From assembly GCA_963666835.2 (NCBI GenBank), contig CAXXGO010000001.1, positions 1,760,001-1,824,000 of the forward strand: 64,000 bases of DNA, given 5' to 3'. The first letter of the stretch is position 1. Every line of letters starts with the position of its first letter. Under the pieces are notes generated by a model. The model ran no database searches. It saw nothing but the letters and a program-made list of their open reading frames with translations, and was not told the origin of the DNA. The stretch comes from Phycisphaerae bacterium. Its GTDB lineage: Bacteria > Planctomycetota > Phycisphaerae > UBA1845. This document shows positions 57,811-64,000 of the stretch, in pieces. The translations under genes and the position numbers were made by a program.

Positions 57811-58833
57811 TCAACCGTGCAACTCGGCGGCGGCGAGAAGTTCCTCGCGCATTTCGCGGCGTAGGTCGGCGGGGTGGAGAATCTCGGCCTGATCGCCGAA
57901 GCCTTTGATCCAGCGTTTGAATTCGATGACCCCGGACAGGCGATACTTGGCAATCAGCGTGTCGGACTCGTCTCCGGGGGGTTCAAAAAGGGTCTGCTCG
58001 ACAGGTTGCCAGGTGGTTTGCTGGCTCTCGTGCCAGATACGCTCTTCAACCAGAGTGGCGGCCGCCCCGGTGAACTTCACGCGAATCTCAATCGGCTCGC
58101 CTCGAGACTGGAAGATGCCGAAGCTGCTGCGAAACTGGTTCTCGAGATTGAAGTCGGCAGGGCGCTCGAACCGGTCTCCGGTTGTGGCAGCCTCGGCAAT
58201 GCGTGTTACCTTGAACATCCGCACGGCGTCTGCCCGGTGAGACCGGCCGATAGCAAAGAGATCTCCATCGTAATAGACGATTCCGTACGTATCGAACCGC
58301 GTGGTGTATTCACTCGCGCGCCAGAGCCCGCGATATCGAACGTCAATAGTCTTTTCCGATCGGGCCGCGTCAGTTAGGGTCTCGATCGTATTCGCATGCT
58401 CCTGGTAGTCGGTGACTCCCATCCGGCGGACATAGACGGTCTCGTCAAGCTCGGCGAAATAATCCAACGCCTGTGCCGGGAGAAGGCTGCGGATCTTCTT
58501 GAGGATGCTCTCGAGCCCGGCGGCGAGGTTCGTGCCCGCGAGCGGGGTGAGCAGTCGTTCAGCCAGGTGCAGTGAGATGGCCTCAGTCATTCCCAGGAAC
58601 AGGGGACTGGTATCGACGAACCTGTGCGGAAGTCGCCAGAACCGTTTGCCGAACTCGTTGTCGTCATGTTCGATGGGGAAGCCGACTTGCGTGAGTAGCT
58701 TGAGATCTCGCTGGATTGTGCGATCGCTGCCGCCGAGATGGCGGGCCAGTTCCGCAAGCGACATTCCAACTCCCCGCGTCTGCAGGATCTTCAACAGGTT
58801 CCAATGCCGGAGAATCTGCTCGCCGCGTGCCAT
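57811..58833 (-). CDS. HTH-WYL-WCX transcriptional regulator (PafBC/DriD-like)
   Basis: LAELARHLGGSDRTIQRDL HTH; YGIVYYDGDLFAIG..VRMFKVTRI WYL domain; WIKGFGDQAEILHP..LR WCX domain; GGAGG RBS. Confidence 0.93.
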   Translation of the reverse strand: MARGEQILRHWNLLKILQTRGVGMSLAELARHLGGSDRTIQRDLKLLTQVGFPIEHDDNEFGKRFWRLPHRFVDTSPLFLGMTEAISLHLAERLLTPLAGTNLAAGLESILKKIRSLLPAQALDYFAELDETVYVRRMGVTDYQEHANTIETLTDAARSEKTIDVRYRGLWRASEYTTRFDTYGIVYYDGDLFAIGRSHRADAVRMFKVTRIAEAATTGDRFERPADFNLENQFRSSFGIFQSRGEPIEIRVKFTGAAATLVEERIWHESQQTTWQPVEQTLFEPPGDESDTLIAKYRLSGVIEFKRWIKGFGDQAEILHPADLRREMREELLAAAELHG

Positions 58834-59013
58834 TGTGTGTGGACCTCCTAAGGCGATCTACCCTTAATGAACAGCAGCATAGCAAGTTCAGCGGTGTTGA
58901 GGAAGCAGGTAGTACAGGTCGTTGACCGGCCTTTATCATCTTGGCTGATATGGGTCTCGTGACCGCATGGAGATTCCGTTGAAGGCAGGTGAATCACGTG
59001 ATCTACCCCTGAT

Positions 59014-59211
59014 CCGCCACGCCCCCCGCAGGGCTGCACTCCATCGCAGGTGGACGTACGATCAGAACCGCAAGCGTCAGAGCCCGGCCTTCGCTTCACA
59101 TAGGCCGCATACCGGGTGCCAATTCACCGGCACCCCCGACTGCTCCCTGATGGTCGTGGTTCTGATTCGCCCCGCCAAGCGGGCATTCCGCAGGGTCTGA
59201 TAGGGTGGCGG
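59014..59211 (+). ncRNA. Candidate multi-branched structured RNA (~200 nt)
   Basis: Nested stems of 7, 11, 6, 6 and 7 bp; G-U pairs favour the plus strand; no convincing ORF. Confidence 0.35.
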
Positions 59212-59425
59212 TGGCTCGTCAGTAACTCGGCGGTCCGCAGAGTGGCCCGTACGGCTCCGCACGAGGGCAGGCTACGGCGCGGGTGAGCCGCGAATGCTCC
59301 CCGGCCCGCCAACCGATCCACTCTCCACCAGGAAAACGAACTAGCCTGATAATCGCGTCCCGGTTGTGTGACACTGAACTGCACCTCGCAGGATTACCCT
59401 CAAGGGAAATATTCTGCGCATTTGC

Positions 59426-59454
59426 TTGACGTGCGGCTATATAAAGCGTAGAAT
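59426..59454 (+). promoter_or_regulatory. Sigma70-like promoter for the Cys-rich secreted pair
   Basis: TTGACG - 17 nt - TAGAAT. Confidence 0.65.
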
Positions 59455-59601
59455 CTGCCGATAGCATATGCTGGGCAACTGTAAGGTTGTCATTCTTGCC
59501 TCGGTGGGAATTGGCCGGCCCGCCCGGAATGTTGGGGCACTTCCTCGCGCTAGAGGGGTGTTGTGGAGCTTTCTGAGTGCTTGCATATCTGGAGAAAAGC
59601 G

Positions 59602-60120
59602 ATGAAGAAGCTGCTAACGGGGTTAATGGTATTGGGGCTCTGTGCGGGGCTGTTCGGCTTATCGTCACTTCTGTACGCCGCCGACCCTGAACCGGTTGAG
59701 TCGACCGACGCGCAGGCAGAGCAAGAGGAGGAGGCCGCTTGGGAGGCTTGGGAGGCAGACCTCGAGGCCTTGCTGATCGTCGATGACGAGTACGCCGAAG
59801 CCGTGGAGTCCTTGGCTGATTATCTCGGCGACGACGTCGAGGAGTATGCGATTCTCAAGGATGCGCGTTCCCAGAGGTATTTCGAAATAGCCTTGATTGT
59901 ATACGAAGAGCATTTCGGTGAGTGGACGGGCACGACGGAGGACTTCGAAGCACGCATGGAGGAGATTCCCGTCAATCCCAACATTGAGAGCTGTAGCGCA
60001 GCGGCCGTTCTCGGTTGCGGGAAGGGGAAGGTGTGTTCAATGACGTCGTCGCCGGACGGCACTTGCTCTTACACGTGCGCGGGCAAGAACGGGGTTTGCG
60101 GAGGCTCATCGGGCATGTAG
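59602..60120 (+). CDS. Secreted protein with acidic helical region and C-terminal six-Cys domain (paralog 1)
   Basis: GGAG RBS, signal peptide ..LLYA-A, C-x7-C-x5-C-x9-C-x3-C-x6-C. Confidence 0.8.
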   Translation: MKKLLTGLMVLGLCAGLFGLSSLLYAADPEPVESTDAQAEQEEEAAWEAWEADLEALLIVDDEYAEAVESLADYLGDDVEEYAILKDARSQRYFEIALIVYEEHFGEWTGTTEDFEARMEEIPVNPNIESCSAAAVLGCGKGKVCSMTSSPDGTCSYTCAGKNGVCGGSSGM

Positions 60121-60192
60121 TAGTGGGGCCGACTTCGAAACTCGGTATCACCGCGATTCCACGGGGGCGGCCGGGAACCGTGACCGGGGGCA

Positions 60193-60222
60193 GGGGAGCC
60201 GGGTTCGACCGGTTCCCCCTTT
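60193..60222 (+). terminator. Hairpin between the two paralogs
   Basis: GGGGAGCCGG / CCGGTTCCCC stem followed by a short T run. Confidence 0.45.
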
Positions 60223-60303
60223 ACGGGGATTGTGTCGGGCAGTTGGTCGAAGCGAGTAGAACACCTGGCTCGTGGTGATTAACACACCTTGGGGAGAAGA
60301 ACC

Positions 60304-61149
60304 ATGAAGAGACTATTGATGGTATTGGGGCTCTGTGGCGGGTTGCTCGGCGTATCGTCACTTCTGTACGCCGCCGACGCTGAACCGGGGCGAACACAAG
60401 TACAGGAAGAGAAGCACCTGGTCTTGCTGGGCTGCGATGACCTGAGGCAAACGGAGCCGGGAATCTACTATTACCTGCTTTCGGTGGCCGAGCAAGCCGA
60501 AGCTCGTCGGAAGCAAGGTCAAAGCTCCGTACTTGATGAAGACGGGCCTCTGTCGCTCTCGGTTGACCTGACCGGCGATTGCCTGGTTTGCGTGTTGACC
60601 GACCGCAGCGCGGGCAGCACGGATGACGAATCGCAGGCCGTTACCGTGGCGCTTGCCGAGCGGAATGAGAGTGGCCAATACATAACCGGTCCGACGCTTA
60701 CGTTCACTCCTCTGACCGAGGCGCAGGTCGCAGAAGAACAGAAGGAAGCTGCTTGGGATGCCTGGCAAACGGACTTCAAAGCCCGGTTGGCTGCGGACGA
60801 GAAGTACCTCGCGGCCGAGAAGGCGTTGTCGGGCTGGGCCGGTGACGACGACGAGGAGTACGCGATTTTCGAGGACGCACGTGCCCGGCGATATCGAGAA
60901 GTAGCCCTGATGGTATACCAAGAGCATTTCGGCGAATGGACCGGCACCGTGGACGAGTTCGATAAACTCATGGCGGACATCTCGATCATAGCCAACATCG
61001 AAAGTTGCGGCGCCGCGGCCGTTCTCGGTTGCGGCAAGGGCAAGGTGTGCTGGGTGAGATCGTCCGGAGAAGGGTGTTGCACCTTCGCCTGCTACGATGG
61101 AAAGGGCGAGTGCCCGGACTATCCGGCCCCTAGCGTGTCGACTGAATAG
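60304..61149 (+). CDS. Secreted protein, paralog 2, with an extra ~105-aa insertion
   Basis: Shares the signal peptide, EAAW.AW, EEYAI..DAR..RY, EHFGEWTGT, NIESC.AAAVLGCGKGKVC and Cys spacing with paralog 1. Confidence 0.8.
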   Translation: MKRLLMVLGLCGGLLGVSSLLYAADAEPGRTQVQEEKHLVLLGCDDLRQTEPGIYYYLLSVAEQAEARRKQGQSSVLDEDGPLSLSVDLTGDCLVCVLTDRSAGSTDDESQAVTVALAERNESGQYITGPTLTFTPLTEAQVAEEQKEAAWDAWQTDFKARLAADEKYLAAEKALSGWAGDDDEEYAIFEDARARRYREVALMVYQEHFGEWTGTVDEFDKLMADISIIANIESCGAAAVLGCGKGKVCWVRSSGEGCCTFACYDGKGECPDYPAPSVSTE

Positions 61150-61295
61150 CTGACGCGGCAATACGGTGCGTTGCCCGGAAGAAGAGAACAGCAAGGGGGG
61201 AGCCGAGCTTGACCGCCCTCCCTTTCGGTTGTCCGCTGTCCGTTTCGCCCGCAGATCCGCTATACCATCGCCCTGCCTGCCGGTACCCTGCCAAG

Positions 61296-61396
61296 GTAAC
61301 GCAGGCTTCCAGCCTGCCTCTTGGATTCTGCGGATACCCTGCGAAGGTCAGGTACGTGCAGGTAACGCAGGCTTCCAGCCTGCCTCTTGGATTCTG
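61296..61396. repeat. Two copies of GTAACGCAGGCTTCCAGCCTGCCTCTTGGATTCTG (66-bp period)
   Basis: Copies at 61296 and 61362; variant of the REP in the 44-bp units. Confidence 0.85.
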
Positions 61397-61455
61397 TGCG
61401 GACCCTGCAAAGGTCGGGTATGGGCAGGAGATGTCAGCTAGCGAGAGTGACAGCG

Positions 61456-62385
61456 ATGCAACGAGTACTGTTTCTCCAGAGCTTGGGCGTCGAGCGCGAG
61501 TTCATTCAGGGGTTGGTTTCGCAGGCCGGGCTGCCGGTTTCGATCGAGTGGGGGAAGTGGCAGGATGTTCAATCCCCTGCGGAGGTGGTGGGGATCGTCA
61601 CCGTGCAGGCCCGGGTTGATGAGGAGACTCTCGACCGTTTCCCGAACCTCCGCGTGATTGCGGTGGCTTTTACCGGCTACGACTGTCTTGACTTGGCGGC
61701 CTGTCGGCGGCGTGGGGTGGCGGTATACAACGTGCCGGCCTACTCCACCGACTCTGTTGCCGAGCTTACGCTTGCCCTGACGATTGGCCTGCTCCGTGAG
61801 ATCCCCCGGGCGGATCGGAGTATCCGAACGGGCGGGTGGAAGCTCGATCGCCACGGAACCGAGCTGGCCGGTAAGACGGTGGGGATCGTCGGAACCGGAG
61901 CGATCGGGCTACGCGTCGCAAGCCTGTTCAAGGCGTTTCGATGCGAGCTGATCGGCTGGTCGCGAACCGAGCGGGGGGAGTTCGTCGAACTCGGTGGGGC
62001 GTATCAGCCCTTGGACCGAGTGCTGTCCACGGCGGACGTCGTGTCGCTGCACGTGGCCTTGACCGAAGAGACCGCCGGTCTGGTCGGGGAACGGGAGCTC
62101 GGCTTGATGAAGCCGGGAGCCTGCCTGATTAACAGCTCGCGCGGACGGGTAGTGGATCAGGCGGCGCTGATTCGGGCTTGCGATTCGGGGCGGATCCGGG
62201 CCGCCCTGGATGTGTTCGATCCGGAGCCCGTTTTGCCCGATGACGCCGTCAGAGTTATGGACAATGCGATCCTCACACCGCATCTGGCCTTTCAGACGCA
62301 CGAAGCGCTGGCTCGGCGCGCGCGAGTGACGATTGCGAACATCCAGGCGTGTTTCGACGGGAGCGATCGGAATCGAGTGGCGTAG
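61456..62385 (+). CDS. D-isomer-specific 2-hydroxyacid dehydrogenase
   Basis: NVPAYSTDSVAE, GIVGTGAIG, INSSRG, ALDVF..EP, LTPHLA. Confidence 0.93.
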   Translation: MQRVLFLQSLGVEREFIQGLVSQAGLPVSIEWGKWQDVQSPAEVVGIVTVQARVDEETLDRFPNLRVIAVAFTGYDCLDLAACRRRGVAVYNVPAYSTDSVAELTLALTIGLLREIPRADRSIRTGGWKLDRHGTELAGKTVGIVGTGAIGLRVASLFKAFRCELIGWSRTERGEFVELGGAYQPLDRVLSTADVVSLHVALTEETAGLVGERELGLMKPGACLINSSRGRVVDQAALIRACDSGRIRAALDVFDPEPVLPDDAVRVMDNAILTPHLAFQTHEALARRARVTIANIQACFDGSDRNRVA

Positions 62386-62412
62386 GCGGCGGGGGGATAT
62401 AGCGGATGCGCT

Positions 62413-62772
62413 AGACGTTGTGGCAGGTCTCGTTCCTCGACCGTGCCCTACAAGTCTGGGTGGCCCATCGCTTTGACGGTGGGGGGCGCAAACGGTTGTG
62501 ACGCGCGCAGACGTTGTGGCAGGTCTCGTTCCTCGACCGTGCCCTACAAGTCTGGGTGGCCCATCGCTCTCGCGGTGGGGGACACAAACGGCCGCGACGC
62601 GCGCAGACGTTGCGGCAGGTCTCGTTCCTCGACCGTGCCCTACAAGTCTGGGTGGCCCAGCGCTTTGACGGTGGGGGGCGCAAACGGTTGTGACGCGCGC
62701 AGACGTTGCGGCAGGTCTCGTTCCTCGACCGTGCCCTACAAGTCTGGGTGGCCCATCGCTTTGACGGTGGGG
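62413..62772. repeat. Tandem array of a 96-bp REP-containing unit (3.75 copies)
   Basis: AGACGTTG.GGCAGGTCTCGTTCCTCGACCGTGCCCTACAAGTCTGGGTGGCCCA.. starts at 62413, 62509, 62605, 62701. Confidence 0.95.
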
Positions 62773-62813
62773 ACGCACCCAAGGGTATGACATCAAGTTG
62801 GCATTTGAAGGAA

Positions 62814-63419
62814 TCAGCAGGTTTCGTCTTCGAAGCGTACGTTCAGGAAACCGGCCAGGGCGCGGGCGATCTCGGATGTCGGGTGGACTTTGTGCCCGGC
62901 GGCCAGTACCAGGCGACGGCTGGGGCTTGTCAGCGTGATCGGGTAGCAGGTTCGCAGCAGATCGTCCCAAAGGTCGACCTGTTTTCCGACATGCACGGAG
63001 CTGCACGACAGCGGCCGGCTCGTCTGATGAAGCGGAATGCTCAGAATGCCCCACCACAGCGTCACCACGTTATCGCGCCGATTCACCACGGCGCCCTTGC
63101 GGCCCAGGAGGATGCACAATCCTATCAGCACCGCCACCATGGCGCCGAACCCGGTGAGAGACTCCGGCATGAGGCTCGCAGCGCTTTCGCAGAACAGTCC
63201 GAACAGGCCTATTGTGGTCAGACCAATGCCGCCGATGGCGGCCGACCCGCGGATAGTCGTTCGCAAGGCGAATTGATCCGGATTGGATGTCGCTCGTCGT
63301 AACATCAGCCTAGTTCGTGATTCACCTGAGCCCGGTACGAACACAAACAGTATACCAGCGGGATTACACCCGGTTAAGTATAAGATACGCCGCGGGCCGA
63401 TAACGCGGGGCAAGTGCAT
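62814..63419 (-). CDS. Hypothetical membrane protein (2 TM helices plus soluble C-terminus)
   Basis: Two hydrophobic segments followed by RKGAVVNRRDNVVTLWWG; start uncertain (possibly 63305). Confidence 0.55.
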   Translation of the reverse strand: MHLPRVIGPRRILYLTGCNPAGILFVFVPGSGESRTRLMLRRATSNPDQFALRTTIRGSAAIGGIGLTTIGLFGLFCESAASLMPESLTGFGAMVAVLIGLCILLGRKGAVVNRRDNVVTLWWGILSIPLHQTSRPLSCSSVHVGKQVDLWDDLLRTCYPITLTSPSRRLVLAAGHKVHPTSEIARALAGFLNVRFEDETC

Positions 63420-63697
63420 GGCAACTTCATTCGTTGTTTCGGGTGTGGTTTCTCCAGCCGAACAGCAGGTTGGATGCCTGTGCTACAGGTGCTTTCGCTA
63501 CGATGATAGCGGCTTCGTTTGGCCACTTCACTAATTCGAGCCGCGGCGCGGCTACGCGCTAGTCCGGCGCGAATGTGCCACCGATAATGTTGCCTACCTT
63601 CAAGCGGGGTTGCATTCTTGTGTGGTCCGTGGAGAATCAGATCGGACGTGGCGAAGTCAAACTCCACTGGCACCCGAGCAGGGCGAGGTTGCAGAAG

Positions 63698-64000
63698 TTG
63701 ACTGCATTTCAATTGAGACCGTTGGACGGAAACGACCGACCCTGGGTGGTCGATCTGTTGACCGAGCGCTGGGGGACTCCGGAGATAGTCACGCGGGGGC
63801 GTGTGCATTGTGCCGATCGACTGCCGGGATTCGTTGCCGAGCAGGACGGGCAGCGTTGGGGGCTGGTGACGTTTCGGATAGACGGCGCCGATTGCGAAGT
63901 TGTCTCGTTGGACAGCCTTCGGGAACGCACCGGTGTTGGCACGGCGTTGCTTAACGCCGTACGCGACGCGGCTTTGGAGGCGGGATGCACGCGAATCTGG
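63698..64000 (+). CDS. GNAT family N-acetyltransferase (partial, runs off the window)
   Basis: Not in ORF track; manual translation MTAFQLRPLDGNDRPWV..RWG..IVTRG..LPGFVA..EVVSLDSL..TGVGTALL..GCTRIW. Confidence 0.8.
   Translation, partial: MTAFQLRPLDGNDRPWVVDLLTERWGTPEIVTRGRVHCADRLPGFVAEQDGQRWGLVTFRIDGADCEVVSLDSLRERTGVGTALLNAVRDAALEAGCTRIW

Noticed and set aside
59100..59150. Cobalamin riboswitch on the minus strand
   Set aside because: Only a loose GGGA..GCCGGTGAA resemblance; the CCCGC.ACTGT element and B12 box are absent
59602..61149. Lanthipeptide or ranthipeptide RiPP cluster
   Set aside because: The proteins carry Sec-type signal peptides, and no LanM, radical SAM, YcaO or peptidase-transporter gene is adjacent
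62413..62772. CRISPR array
   Set aside because: The sequence between conserved parts is itself repeated rather than unique, the repeat is a dispersed REP, and no cas genes are present

Overview
GC-rich bacterial chromosome segment. The lineage is inferred to be Planctomycetota, probably Phycisphaerae, from a Minf_1886-like gene and several secreted proteins with DxDGDVDLxDF dockerin-like motifs. The backbone is housekeeping: glmS, rarA, 5-formyl-THF cyclo-ligase, lipA-tmk-holB, thiolase, tRNA-Leu(GAG), queA, trxA, tatA, metG and glnS. Accessory content includes a 1929-aa FG-GAP/CARDB protein with an internal Cys-His amidase-like module, a ParA ATPase fused to a glycogen-binding CBM48-type domain, an archaeal-type GAPOR-like oxidoreductase, an SxtJ/carbamoyltransferase/SxtK-like trio and a decayed ParD(E) locus. 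There is also a dense, multi-family set of REP/REPIN/BIME-like palindromes, one of which is interrupted by an IS4-family element. The most intriguing locus is 57.2-61.2 kb. A WYL regulator is followed by two CGAC-N7-GTCG palindromes and a PafBC-type promoter (TGTCGC-N10-TAGGCT) in front of a small Cys-rich Zn-ribbon ORF. On the regulator's other side lie a ~200-nt nested-stem candidate ncRNA and two paralogous secreted proteins built as signal peptide + acidic pro-region + six-Cys domain. An orphan ~100-nt sRNA with its own promoter and terminator is visible at 19.3-19.4 kb. All calls are from reading the sequence by eye; no searches were run.
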